Assembly: GCF_006345805.1 (NCBI RefSeq)
Contig: NC_043003.1
Span: 66,030,001-66,094,000, forward strand
DNA: 64,000 nucleotides
DNA from: Octopus sinensis
Taxonomy: Eukaryota
Reading direction: 5' to 3'
The notes under the pieces were generated by a model. The model was not told the DNA's origin. It made no database searches and saw nothing but the letters and a program-made list of their open reading frames with translations. Each line of letters starts with the position of its first letter. Position 1 is the stretch's first letter. The position numbers were made by a program, and so were the translations under genes. Positions 49,162 to 63,658 of the stretch are shown here, in pieces.

Positions 49162-49877
49162 ATATGTATATATGTATGTGCATAGATATGCATATTTACA
49201 TGCATTATTTATCTATCTATGCATCTACATGCAGAGGAACATCCCCGTTCATATGTAAGTATGCATAACATATATAAATGTATATATATACATATTTGTC
49301 TCTGTGTGTGTGTATGTGTGTGTGTGTGTGTGTGCGTGTCTGTGCATGTGTATGTATGAGTAGGCCTGCTTGCATGTGCAAGTGTAGTTTTGTGAGTTCG
49401 TGCCTGTCATTGAGTATGTGTCTACGTGCTTGTACCTTCGAAATGAGATTGGATACAGAGAGAAATGGCTGGAATTTGACAAGCAAGAGGTAAGCAGAAG
49501 AGCAGTGAGACATACCGAAGAACAGTACGGTGTCCAGAGATTTGCTGCAGGTTTATGTATTGTGGCTTATCAAGAAGTTCAATCAGGAGAAGCCCTGTTC
49601 TGTGCTCACTTGTACATGTGATCCATCTGATCCTTCGGGATGTGGATGCAAAATCAATCGCGAGTTACAGATTGAAAACTTCAGGCTTTTATATTCCAAA
49701 TGTTAATATCTGACATGTATAAAGATGCACATACATGCATGTCTACATGCACTCCTACACGCTAGACTGCACTCACACAGAGGAAATGCATGGTTTTATT
49801 TATCTTTCTTATCTGAATGTCTGCTTATATGTTAATATAGTATAATATATGGTATATATATATATATATATATATAT

Positions 49878-50024
49878 AAACAGAGACAAACACATACCTA
49901 CATATATCTATATCTATCTATCTATCTATTTATCTATGTATCTAAGTAGATACATAGGTAGGTAGGTAGATTGATAGATAGATATGTTGATATACATACA
50001 TACATATATACAAATATATATATA

Positions 50025-50068
<44 letters not shown>

Positions 50069-50203
50069 TATAAACAGAGACAAAAACATACCTACATATA
50101 TCTATATCTATCTATCTATCTATTTATCTATGTATCTAAGTAGATACATAGGTAGGTAGGTAGATTGATAGATAGATATGTTGATATACATACATACATA
50201 TAT

Positions 50204-50210
<7 letters not shown>
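49878..50210. repeat. 194-bp duplication of a compound microsatellite block
   Basis: AAACAGAGACAAA.ACATACCTACATATATC at 49878 and 50072. Confidence 0.88.
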
Positions 50211-50268
<58 letters not shown>

Positions 50269-51902
50269 ATCTTATCTTCTGCTCAGAATTTTATCCTTAT
50301 AGTGTTTTATTATTAGTATGTTTTTTTTATATATTTTTTGATCATATATATATATATATATACCACCTAATTTTATGACGACGATATATATTTTCTTACC
50401 TGATTTTTATACACAAAATATTTACAGGCAAGAATGCAAATAAGTATGTCTGTAATTGTATTTGTCGCATACGAATGTGTGAATTTTCCTCCGCATATAT
50501 GCATGTTTGCTTGTCTGTTTCTCGTTTATTTATCAAATCCCTTGAACCTTGCACCGGTCTAATTTTGTTGCTATCTCGATAATGAGGATATTGCCATAAC
50601 AGCATATCAATTCTGATATTGTATTTATTGACTAATGGAACAATTCATGCGATAACTTCTAAATGAAACTAATTTCTTTTGATCAATCTGCTCCTGACAT
50701 CTTCTGTGACATTTCAAAGGTAGCCGACCGACTTGCATACTAGCAATTTGGCTAGAAGCAATTCTTTACATTAAAACGGCATGCTGTCACTGCTCGGCAT
50801 CTTACAGACATGCCATTTAATAGCTTATTATTACACAACTGTCTTTCCTATTTCCTTTTGAACTTATTTTAAATACATTTGAAAATAAATCAGTAAAGGC
50901 AAGCAAGATCAGCGTAGGCGACAATTCTTCGGAAATGGTCAACCATGAATCACCGTTGAATTTCACCTTATGTACAGCAATATTTGATCCCTTAAATCAT
51001 CACCTCTACATTCACGGCTATTTGCTCCTTAAATCATCGCGACGATAGCTTTATAGCCCCAGATGTTATAGCCAATATAATGTAACTAACCAATACATTT
51101 CGTTGAGTACGCTGCCTTTTCAATTCCAAATCGCCTCTATCCGCCTGTTCAATTATCTAGTTGTCTTGCTGTCTTTCTTACGCTCAGCACTGGAAACAGC
51201 TTGACATTATTTCAGTTAATGGAGCATACAGCAATGAAGACAGAAGGTTCGAACTAGGACAGTAGAATAAAGTAGGCACCAGAACCTTCTCAAATTAATT
51301 GTCGTGTCCCAATGCCCAATGCCATATTCATTAATACACTATGTTGATCAATCTAATACAAGTGAACGCATGTATGTCCTGGGATTAGTTCAGTAAATCT
51401 CGGTACATAATGCAATTTGTTACAATTTAAGCAAGGATTCTCGATTGGAACTTTGTTAGTATGTTATGCGTTGTAGAAGGAAGTGTAGTTGAAATATAAT
51501 AAATTTTACTAATGAGAAACCGTAAATTATCCTTAATTAAAAATTTAGCTTCGGTTGCCGCCCTCAAGTATGAAGGTATACACTTTTCTTGTGAAATAAC
51601 GGAATTAGTGAAAAAGATCAAAACCGAGGAGAAATGGAGAAAGAGTAAGAGAGAGAGAGAGAGAAGAGAGAGGGAGAGAGAGAGAGAGAGAGAGAGCGGT
51701 GGGGAGAGCACGAGTAGTAGAAGAAATCAATTGATCTCTGTTCAAAAAAAAAAAAAAAATAATAAATCTCACGATAAATGAACCACATACGGATAGTCGG
51801 TTCCAGATATTGACTAAATGAAATTAAAAGAGAGAAGGAAAGAGTTAAATATATAAAAGAATAGAGGAAGAAGAAGAAGAAGATAATAAAAAGAAACAGA
51901 AG

Positions 51903-51904
51903 AA

Positions 51905-51971
<67 letters not shown>

Positions 51972-52090
51972 GTGATGATGGTGATGATGATGATTATGAT
52001 GGTAATGATGATGGTGATGATGATGATGATGAGGAGGAGGAGAAGAAGAAGAAGAGATCGTTGGCTATGATGATGATGATGATCATCATC
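51903..52090. repeat. (GAT)n-rich microsatellite
   Basis: Direct reading. Confidence 0.93.
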
Positions 52091-52866
52091 ATCCTGTTCA
52101 CAACGACTATGATGATACTTTTGGAAGAGGAAAAGAAGAAATAAAAAGAGAGGTGTTCAGCTGTGAGTAAATATAGAATACGCAAACAAACGTGAAAACA
52201 GCAACGAAATAAAGAAAGAAACGGGAACCTGATATTTATTACTCTCATATATTCTTCACCAAAGGTTCTTTCTCTTATACACTCTTCAAGAGTGAATGCT
52301 GCCCGTTTCAAACCGGCCGTCACAGTTGCGATTCAGTGGTTGTGTGTGTTCATTCGATAATTTTCCCATTTATTTCCTTCACCTCTTTTATTAATTCATC
52401 CTGTTCAATATCTCCGAGTTTGAACGTCGTCAAAAATAATGCTTTGTATCGTCTTACGCTTTCAGCTTCACACTGACTCACTTGGTAACTACGACCGACC
52501 AACATTCAATCTTTTCGTTCCCATCATTTTTCTTTCATCTATATCCTGTGAGACAGTCTATGTTCCGCTTGTCATGATTTCATTGATTTCATTACAAGCC
52601 AATTAAATAATAATTTACTTAATGTTATACTCGATATCATCCTTAAAATCATGTCTCCCGAACTTGTGTGAATTATGTTCTATCACATAGCGTCCGACCT
52701 TATTTAGTAACTACAAAAATACTAGACTTTAGCACAAGATTTTATATTGTATGATTAATGTCGTTCAACGTCATTCGAACATCACAAAATATCTTCCATC
52801 ATTCACTTAGGGGGCATTTTTATTTTAAACACCTTCCCAACTTTGAACCGTTTTATCATTTATCTC

Positions 52867-53245
52867 ATACTTGTTTCAGTCTGGTGGAAATGCGACCATG
52901 CTGGATTACTATATTGAAGAATTTTTAGTCGAATGAATCAACTCCTGTATATATTTTTAAAAGCCTACTTCTTATTATATCAGTCTTTTACCGAACCACT
53001 AAGTGACAGAACGTATTCACTCCAACACCTGTTACCAAGCAGTCTGGGGGTCAAAACACAGACACAAACACACACATGTAGATATATATACGACGGATTT
53101 CTTTCAGTTTCCGCCTGCCAAATCCATTCACAAGGTTTTGAGACTATAGCAGAAGACATTTGCCCAAGGCGCCATGCAATGACACTGAGGCCGGAGCCAT
53201 GTGGTTGAGCAATAAGCTTCTTACCCCATAGCCACACCTGCACCT
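52867..53245 (-). mobile_element. Diverged SINE-A
   Basis: CTTTCAGTTTCCG, GAAGACATTTGCCCAAGG, GCCACACCTGCACCT. Confidence 0.82.
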
Positions 53246-54191
53246 ATGTTCAAATCTATTCACTCTCTTTATTCAGAAAAGACCGATGTTTAACTTTCCA
53301 TCAAAAATCACAACTACAGGATTTCAAACTAATATACATACGTTTGTGTTTGTGTATGTGTGTTAGGGAAATCTTACTTCTATATCCAACTCGTTAAGAG
53401 TTTACAAATTACTCTTCTTTTGTTACTTTGAATAAACTTTTGTATCGATTAATCAAAGACGTGAAATGACATATGTTCCATTCTTCACAAATTCCTACTT
53501 TGTATATATCACTAACAACATCGTACAATATAGCCTTCATGTTTACAGATTTGATTTGTAAGACTTTCAGCAACTATGTTAACCAGCATCAACGAAACTG
53601 AGATTTTATTTGTCTTCACGAAACCATCACATGTCACATGATGAAAGCAATTCCTTGTGCTCAGAAAAATTTTATAACACAAACCGTGTTCTTAGCTATT
53701 TATTATATGTAAGATCTTTTCTTTCTTTTGTAGTTTTCTACGGCTCACTTGCCAGCCTAAACTCTATAGATGTCACCTCTACCTTTTGCTTCTCCGTTGA
53801 ATGTACATATATACATACGTCGTGTGTGAGTATGTATGTGTGTGTGTGAGGGAGCTTATGAGACCTAATTGGACCTAGTTAATCAAATATAGCTTCAGCT
53901 TGCATATGAGTAGCGCTCTGGCGATGGAATCATTCCTTCTCTCTCAACAAGATTGGTCACACAAATATTGTATTTTAATATTCTTTGCACAAACTTACAG
54001 CCATGTTACTTTCTACAAAATAGAAACAATACGTAAAATTTCCGTAGCGCGAGTATAAGCAATTCGGCTAGGAAGTGATTTTTAAAAAATCCTTTTTAAT
54101 CGTGTTAATTGAAACGGCTACTTGTAATTCTTACTAAGTTTAAGTACACCTAAATAAATATGGATGTAAATACATAAAATTAATGTCTAGA

Positions 54192-54577
54192 CAAGCGTGG
54201 TTGTGTGGTAAGTACTTGCCTTCCCAACTACATGGTTCCGCTTTCAGACTCACTGCGTGACACCACGGGCAAGCGTCTTTCAGTATAGCCTGGAAGTGAC
54301 CAAAGTCTTGTAAGTGGATTTGGTAGACAGAAACTGAAAGATGTATGTATGTATGTGTGTGTGTGTGTCTTTGTGATATGCTTGTCCTATACGACCGTTT
54401 GGCAACCGGTGCTGGTGTGTTTACGTCCCCGTAACTTATCGGTTCTACACGATTAACTGATGGAATAAGTACCAGGTTTTAAAAATAAGTACTGGGATAT
54501 AATCTTTCGGCTAAAATTCTTCGAGACGGTGCCTAGGCATAACTACAATCTAATGACTGAAACAAGTAGAAGAAAAT
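54192..54577 (+). mobile_element. Diverged SINE-A
   Basis: GCGTGGTTGTGTGGTAAG head; GTTTACGTCCCCGTAACTT; AATGACTGAAACAAGTA. Confidence 0.85.
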
Positions 54578-55981
54578 ACGTCATAAGAATTCAGAAACTT
54601 CGAGTGAACGGGAAATTATTTGTTTTTTAACGGTTGTACTAGAAGTAGATAAACCTATAACAAGTTGCCTGCAAAAGTTGGGTTAAAAACACTGTTGCAT
54701 ATAAAAAGCCGAAGACTGTTACAAGAAGCAATTGCAATTGTCAGATTTGTTGCCGAAAATCTTTTTGGAGTAAAGTGAAATAAACTTCATGTCAAAGAAT
54801 TAATGAATCCATTTAGTTTGCGGTAGTTTATGCATTTTTTCTCATACATTAATCCTGAAATATATAACATCAAATTAAATAATCTTGAATTTAAATAGAA
54901 ATTATTTTGGCGACTCAAAAACGTTTCTCATTACCCGAAACAATTTCGAAACTGAAATTTACTTACAGTATCGTTGAAATAAAATTTTTCATCTTAAGCT
55001 GAAAATACTGAAAAATACAAATTTACTTATAAACTCTGTCTAGCAGATTTAATCAAATCCTCTGTTGGGACTTAATTTTATCGACCCCAGAAATGAGAAA
55101 GGCCAAGTAGACTTCTAGTGAAATTTGAAGTGAGAACGTGAAGGAGCTCGGGCAATAACACACAGCATACAAATACTAATTATATTATAGTTACGTAACT
55201 TTCGTTTAGGATATATTGATTTTTTATTTTATGTTTAAAAGTTATGGTTCACAGAAAGTGACTATTGCTTCGTAGACTCTTAGTGTTTGGTTAGATTGAA
55301 GCGAAGTGTATGGTTATATAATTCTTGTGAGTTCATCAAGAAGCACAGTCGAAATTATATTGTCTTGAATTCATATTATCGGCATTGAAATGATACACTA
55401 CTAAGTTGGCTGTTGTAGTATGTGATCATATAAAGCAAAGGAACACAAGTGGTGCTAAATCCAAGACATTTAGTCTGCGTTCAGTTCCACAAAATTTCGT
55501 TTTGAAATACTATAAGGCTCCTAAACGTGTGAGAATGAATGTTAAAATCGAAGGAATAAGTTTTCGTCTGTACTCTAATCCGAGAAGTTGTAACTCTGTA
55601 ACAAGTAAATAAAGCCATATGTAAATAATAATTAACTTCCTCTATAATAAATACCTTTCATTAAAAATATATTAACGTAAATTGTATTCTTTAATTATTA
55701 CATGCTAGATTTAACGCGACTTGAAGCTGTATCATGTAACGCGTATTCTAATTTAGAAGTGAATACTGTATAAACGTTTTACCAGTTCTCTTCAAGAGAA
55801 AGGAATTCAGGAATTTATTTGTACCAGCAATTTTACAGCGACAGAAGTGGTTCATGGCCACAGATATATGAGTTGTTTTAATTATAGAAACAATAAAAAC
55901 TGATATATTTCCTAGACATAGATATATATTTCAGTCACTATTATGTTACTACCAAGTAAATTCACGCATTCATATATTAGT

Positions 55982-56302
55982 GTGAAGGCGCGTGGTTTAG
56001 TGGATCGGGTTTTCGACTTACGAGGATAAGGTAGTGTGTTCAACTCCTAGCGGTGCGTTGTGTCTTTGAGCAAGACACTTTTTTTCCACCTTGCTTCAGT
56101 CCACGCATCTGGCAAAAACAAGTATTACCAGTAATTCAAACGGCCACCCTCGCCACTTTCTCTGTTACGCTGAATCTCTATGAGAACTATGTTTAGGGTG
56201 CGCGTGTCTGTGGAATGCTCAGTCACTTACACGTTAATTTCACGAGCAGGGTGTACTGTTGATCGGATCAACTGGAACACTCGTCGTAACCGACTGAGTG
56301 CC
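55982..56302 (+). mobile_element. SINE with an F/G-type head and core plus the SINE-C-type tail
   Basis: TTGAGCAAGACACTT core, then GTAATTCAAA...CACTTACACGTTAATTTCACGAGCAG...GATCGGATCAACTGGAAC as in 7430-7610. Confidence 0.85.
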
Positions 56303-57392
56303 GATTATATTTTAATATTAGTACATGTAATAGTTTATTGGTTCCCCGTTGCATTAATTACGAAATGAAGCCTAGCAATAATTGAATCAAAAAATTCGAA
56401 AGTCGAAATTTGATATTCTAAATCATTTAATATAAAGCTGCTCCGTCTATCAACTTCACATCCCGATTATTTTTAATTTAGTTTGTGTCAGTAAGTTAGA
56501 ACAGTCAATGAATGTGTTGAACTTGCAATATAAAGAGTCTCAAAGCGGATTTGGTTTCCGAATTAACTAATTTCACTTTATACTGCTCTAATCCTTAGTA
56601 AACGGATGCTTTTCATCAATAATTTTCCCACCTCAGATGCAGCATATTTTAATATAAGGAAAATCAAATCACTGTCGCTTGGGTGTTGTTGCTGGTGTTG
56701 TTGTTGTTGTTGGCTACTGGTTGACTTAATGAACGAAAATATGTTTCTTGGGCTGCGTGTAGAAGCAACTGAAGAACTCCACGAATATCAAACGGAAACT
56801 TTTATTATCGCACATAAAGGCAAATCTGCGTTTGCTTTTTACAAACAACAACAGAAATAATTGTATACTGAAAAAAAAAGAAAGATAATTCTTGGATTCA
56901 ACGGTAAGCTATTGATACTGCAACATGCGGCTGGCTCAGCATTATTGGAAACATTTGAACTATATTCGTGGTGACAGAGTTTTCTGTCATGTATCTGCGT
57001 CGTCTATCACAGCTGCCTTCCTGGGTCAGCAGGCGGTTTAAAATGTGCCCCGAACGGTTTTCGTTCTTTTTTTTATAGGGGACCAGAAGTTAGATTCTTT
57101 AATGTTCAAAAAAATCTGCCCATCCATCTCTTAGTGCTAATTATCAATTAATAAATTAATCAACTGAACTTATTGTGGTTTGCACGTGATGTCAGACATC
57201 GTATCCAAGGATTCAGTTTCGAATCCCCGCTACACTACCATTAGCTCCGTTCATTTGCAACTAATAAATACTTCAACAATTAGTGTTTGGTCCTTCAACA
57301 TTCTGAGATGGAATGGGATTTGATACGACCTGGCCTTCTATCAATCAAGGAACAATAAACAGACATGCATATAATCATTCTCTATTTTCTAT

Positions 57393-57726
57393 AGGCGTAG
57401 GAGTGGCTGTGTGGTAAGTCGCTTGCTTACGAACCACATAGTTTCGAGTTCAGTCTCACTGCGTGGCACCTTGGGCAAGTGTCTTCTACTATACAAAACC
57501 TTGGGAGTGGATTAGGTAGACGGAAACTGAAAGAAGCCCGTCGTATATATGTATATATATATATATATATACGTGTGTGTGTGCTGGTGTGTTTCCATCC
57601 CTGTAACTTAGCAGTTTGGCAAAAGAGGCAGATAGAATAAGTCCTGGGGTTGAATTGCTCGACTAAAGGTGGTGGTCCAGCATGTCCTCAGTCAAATGAC
57701 TGAAACAAGTAAAAGAGTAAAGAGAG
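57393..57726 (+). mobile_element. SINE-A with internal deletions
   Basis: AGGCGTAGGAGTGGCTGTGTGG...ACCTTGGGCAAGTGTCTTC...GAAACAAGTAAAAGAG. Confidence 0.92.
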
Positions 57727-57978
57727 TTATTTTAAAGAGAGATATTTTAACGACATTATTTGATTCAGACAGTATATCAGGCAAAGCATAATAGTTTTAA
57801 TACATTACTTTCGGTTTCAAAATCAAGATTTTCAAACAAACCACAACACAGTTTACTTGCGGATTTTTAACTCCGTAATTTATGGAAGTCGCTGATGTAT
57901 TTCAGAAAAATAAAAAAGACACCATCGTACTTCAGAAATCAATAAATGATACATACATACATACATATATATATATAT

Positions 57979-58093
<115 letters not shown>

Positions 58094-59093
58094 GTGTTGT
58101 GTGTGAATAATATATTTTAATTAATTCTGCGCACAGGAATTCAAATTGTATACACTCTATCTACCACTGCCTAATTTATGTTATTCTGTTCCCAACAACA
58201 ACAACGACAACAACAGCAGCAACAACAAAGGCAACGGTAACAATAATAATACCTCTTTATTGGGACGAGATCAAGTGCAATAATTAGCTATTTACTATAA
58301 CACATTGATTAGGGAACCTTTACCGAACAAGCTTCGGGCAGGAAAAAATTTGACAGAGATACTATGACACAAGCATAATGCATTTGCTTTAATTTAGTTC
58401 AAATTCTGATACGGAACTGTTTCATTTATAAGAAGCAGTTTTGTACTCAACAAAAAGGATGTTATCAGTGAAGAATTCATCATAAAGCAGAGATATCTGC
58501 ATGAAAAGACCTATACGCACATTTACTTTCTTTATTTTATATGTATCTGATATTCTTTTTTCTAATTTTCTGATTTTGTTCACTGAATACTTTTGAATGA
58601 TCGTAAGCGATCTTTGTGCAAGGAGATATATAGTTGAATAGCGGTAAACAAACTAACCAAAGAGGCAAAAAGCACATGTCCTCATCTTGATTATGTCGTC
58701 TTTTACACAAGCAGCGGAAATTTAAGCCAATATGTGTCTTTTCAAAACGAAAGGGATTTACGCTGCTATATCTAGAGGGTTGTATTATCACACTGCGTCT
58801 CCTTCGTTAGTTCGATAACGATAATGTTTGGCCCCGGGTTAAGAAGAATTAAGAAAAACTATAATCAAAATATTAATTTAGTGAACATCTCAACTTTTTA
58901 TATATTCTTTCAAAGTTCAGTTGGTGTGAAATGTGACTGACAGATTCATGTTAAAAATTGTTAACAATCGAAGAAGTAGAGGTAGACATGGCATTTGGAA
59001 ACAGGATAAAAACTGAAAAAAATGTTCGATTCCATTTCATCGTACGCAGTAATATCACATGTTGCATCCATAATGGTTGACTTTTTCAATACA

Positions 59094-59150
<57 letters not shown>

Positions 59151-59671
59151 AAAACACACATACACATACTCATTCACACGCATGTACACACACGTACATA
59201 TACATATGTATCATACATAATAACACACATACACACATATACCGAGCAGGCAGAACCCTTACCATGCTTTGCAACATTCTTGTCCGTCGAGTTCGAATTC
59301 CACTGAGGTCGCTTTTGCCTTTCATCCCTTTGTTTAGGCAGTTACCCAGCATGGCCGCAGTCAACGGACTGAAACATGTAGATAGACACACATATATTCA
59401 TACATAAATACATGCGAATATACACACACATATATATACATAAATAATATAAAAGTATCGCACGCAATTAAGGACCCTGACGACACTCTACAACTACAGA
59501 AAGATCTAAATAGTTGATGAACAGAATAAGAAAACATGCAGTTGAAGCCCTCTACTATCGGTGCTCAAGTATATTGCAATCGGAATACTCAGGACCCAGG
59601 CGTGTTATGAATGCCAGGTTCAGAGGTGGTGCTGGACCAAGGAACTCACATCAGTGATGATACATCATACC

Positions 59672-59904
59672 TATATCTTTATTACCCACAAGGGGCTAAA
59701 CACAGAGGGGACAAACAAGGACAGACATAGGTATTAAGTCGATTACATCGACCCCAGTGCGTAACTGGTACTTAATTTATCGACCCCGAAAGGATGAAAG
59801 GCAAAGTCGACCTCGGCGAAATTTGAACTCACAACGTAATGCAGACGAAATACCGCTAAGCATTTCGCCCGGCGTGCTAACGTTTCTGCCAGCTCGCCGC
59901 CTTA
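59672..59904 (-). mobile_element. SINE-B monomer with a 15-bp TSD
   Basis: ATGATACATCATACC at 59657-59671 and 59905-59919; the element ends in the spacer-type tail. Confidence 0.95.
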
Positions 59905-60247
59905 ATGATACATCATACCATGTGCATATTACTAAGATCGCATCACTGTGCAAGCGAGAAGCTAGATGGAGTCAGAGATCATTCAGAACAAGGGAAAAAA
60001 GATCCATGTTCCTAATCTAGAGGACATTTGTTCTCAGTTTCTTGGATTCCTGCTTTCAACCATTAAACTCTATCAAATCACATGCTACTGCAAAGAATAA
60101 AATAACCCGTTCCCTTATTATCACGCGTAAGGATGCAAACATATCTGTGTTTGTGTGTGCGCGCGTGTTTGTAACACCGTGTATATACAAGGTGATACAC
60201 ACACACACGGACACATTATCACACACACACATACACACACACACACA

Positions 60248-60329
<82 letters not shown>

Positions 60330-60485
60330 GCGCAGGAATGGCCGTGTGGTAAGAAGTTTGCTTCCCAAGCAAATGACTCCGGATTCAATCCCACTATCTG
60401 GCACCTTGGTTAAGTGTCTCCTACTATAGCCACGGGTGGACCAACGCCTTGTGATTGGTTTTGGTAGGCGGGACTGAAATGAACC

Positions 60486-60490
<5 letters not shown>
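60330..60490 (+). mobile_element. SINE-A 5' half, followed by (TA)n and a pLTR-like fragment
   Basis: GCGCAGGAATGGCCGTGTGG..GGATTCAATCCCAC..GGCACCTTGGTTAAGTGTC. Confidence 0.8.
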
Positions 60491-60523
<33 letters not shown>

Positions 60524-61646
60524 CAATAAAAAACGAAAAGCAAACACAAAAAAAAACAACGCGAGGACGTGGTACATGTTATGTATTAGCAGGCGCCCAA
60601 GGAAGGAAAGAAAGTGAAAGTACCAGTGACCTCCCCACAAATTCGAGGCCTTGTGCCTATAATAGAAAAGACTTAACTAATAATTATTCTGTTACCCTAT
60701 CTGTGATTGGTTTTGTCTTTTCAGAATGAGTCATGTTATTTCTTACTGAAATTTAGCTGTCTTTATTTCGAATATTCTCAGTATTTTTTTTTCTGTTTCT
60801 TCTTTTTTTCCTTCTTATTGTGAAAGCAATGCTTCCGTGCATTAATTGCCATGATTGCGTGTGTATATACGCATACGTAGTTGATCGTTTGTTTTGGTAT
60901 ATATCTATATATTTGAATAAATGCTTGTGTGCGTGAGCGTATGTGCGTTTGTATTGCAATACGCCTTTCTTCCCTCACAGTACGTGTAGAAGTATCACCT
61001 GCTATATGCCTCAACCACAGCGCCGAAGCTCTCACTTTCACTATCCTAACCTACTTCCTGCTTCTCCTTGAAAGCTTGGCCCGATCCCTAGCTTGTCTCT
61101 TCTTCTCTCTCTGACCCTTAATACCTCTATCGATTCTTGCACGTCTCTAGAATATTCCCTATATCATTATTTCATCAAATGAATTTTATTAAAGTGAGAA
61201 GTCAAATAATTTAATTGAAGTGAGTTCAAATAACGGTCAAGTACAACTGTGTTCATGTACGCTGCAATCACTTACGTTTGATAAATTGTTTCTGTATATA
61301 TATATATATATATATATGTCTGTGTATTTATGTGATTGCTTACACATGTGTGTGTGTGTGTGTGTGTGAATGTTGCATCCGCTAGTGCGTGTGTGTGTGC
61401 GTGGATGTGTGTGCGTTGTCCCACTTTTCTTCACGTTGTTTTGTATGTATCTCTCATTTTAGATACTTTGGTGAATCTCCGTCTTTTACTGTTCTAATCC
61501 TTTTCCTGATCTTTTTCAAAAGATTTACCATCACTTCGTGTTCCCCTTCCCTTTTTGCTCGTTTTCTCATTATCGCTATCCATTTCTCGATCATTTTCTT
61601 CCCCTCTCTGTCTGTCTCTCTGTCTCTCTCCCCCTTCTCTCTGAAG

Positions 61647-61717
<71 letters not shown>

Positions 61718-61830
61718 TGTTTGTGTATGCTCACGATCATGAACTGTGTTTCGATTCCCAGTTGGGCCGTATGTCGTGTTCTAGGCCGAAACAATCCATT
61801 TCACTTTGTTTATGCTACAATTCACTTAAC

Positions 61831-62100
61831 GTTTGCTAGTTTCAATTAATCGACTGCGGCCATACTGGAGCAATTCCTGAACTATTTAGTGGAACAAATG
61901 GTCTCGAATACTTAATTTGAAGTGTGATCTTTTTGTTTATGAAGTTATAGGGACATAAACAACTCAACACCGGATGGTGGAAAAAAAAGACACACGAAAA
62001 AACTAGCACATATACATACATTGTGTGGCACAGTGGGACTGAACTCAAAACCACATTGTTGAAAAGCGTGCTTGTTAACTACACTGCCATACTTGCTCCT
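61831..62100 (-). mobile_element. Old SINE-A with deletions
   Basis: GACTGCGGCCATACTGGAGC; CAGTGGGACTGAACTC. Confidence 0.7.
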
Positions 62101-63447
62101 ATAAATAGCATTTCAGTTACTGATGCCTGATAAAAAGAGGGCTTGTCACATCCACTCTATTTTCATCTACTTTAAAAAAATGAGATTCAATCATAATGAA
62201 ATTTGTTTGTTGAATGAAAGAGTTTTGGGGGTACTCTTAGATGCCAGATATTCAATGTTTCCTCTGCAAGCATTAACTAGAATTTTTCTTTGGAGTAGAA
62301 CAAATGGAACGAAGTTTATTTGGTATTGAAAACAAATAAATGACAATGGCTTTCTTAGAGAAAAAAGAATCACAGAATACTAAGACATTCCATATCTTGT
62401 TTGATATATAAATGATCCTTTCAAACGAATGCATAACAGTTTAGAGATGAACTGAGAGATTCCGAAAATAATACTGCAGGAATTGTGTGACATTAAATAT
62501 CATATAGTAAATAACTTCCATCGTACTCTCCAGTGAGGAGAGTACAGGAATGAAAGAGTAATAAAGTGCGCTCCTCTACAATCGTCTCGGCATTTGAACG
62601 ACGTCAACATTTTCAAATTACCAACCACAATGAAAATTAATTGTTTTCGGGTATCATCTGACTTGTGTCTGTATAGTAAGAAGTTTTCTCCCCAAACTGC
62701 TGTCAAGTATCTCAAAGAATCTTCTTTCGGTGTACTTAACGTCGAAGTATCATCATGATTATTATTATCATCAATTAATTTAACAAACTGGGTTCCTTCT
62801 AATTTCTTTTTTTTTTTACAAGTTCAACGTCTTCTCTCAGCTTTGTCTATTCTTTCTAACAAAACACAACTCCAACCCTCTCCACAACACTATTATATTT
62901 CTGCAATTAATGGTTATTTAATCGCCTTTAATCACTTTCGGTTTTACATGTTTGTCCTTCCTAGATTTAATACGAAAACATTATTTTTTATTATTTTCTT
63001 TCACAAACTGAAACTCGAAGACGTTTAAATGAGCAAGTAACTATAAGTTTATGGAAGAATCACCATTTTAGCGGAAGTATGTCAAAAAGATACATTTCAA
63101 AATCTTTTCAAAATTTCTTTTCGGTGTGAGAAGATAATCCCGACCAGAAAAACGGTTGATAGCTAACATCTAGTGTAGTCTCTATCTCTTTGATAATAGC
63201 TGTTCACACGTATGCACGCACATATTCAGCAGATACACAATCACACAGCCATTCCCAGACACACATCTCTCGAAATATATATAAATGTGTATGTTGATGT
63301 ATGTATATACATACCTATATACATGTGTGTGTGTACGAGTATGTGTGTGTGGATTATATGAAGATAATACATGTCAAATTAAATTGGATGATTTATATAG
63401 CACTTGAACCAAATGATTTCTAACAAATTTCGATATGATCACATACT

Positions 63448-63658
63448 GCGAGCTAGTAGAATCGATAACACGCCGGACGAAATGTTTAGCGGCATGTCGT
63501 CTGTCAACGCGGATCTTAGCTCAAATTCTGCCAAGGTAACATCCGATATTTGTCCTTTCAAGGTTGATAATATAAGTACCAATTGAGTAGTCAATGTAAT
63601 AGACTGGCTCCTTCCACGAACTTGCTAGCATTGTGCCAAAATTTGGAATCAATATTAC
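63448..63658 (+). mobile_element. Old SINE-B
   Basis: GCGAGCTAGTAGAATCG..CACGCCGGACGAAATG...TAAGTACCA...TTGTGCCAAAATTTG. Confidence 0.75.

Noticed and set aside
56606-56860. 84-aa ORF as a gene
   Set aside because: Includes a (TGT)n repeat, has no domain similarity, and its length is compatible with chance
57165-57242. tRNA-like stretch with GTTTCGAATCCC and a terminal CCA
   Set aside because: No consistent cloverleaf could be folded; at most a decayed tRNA-derived fragment
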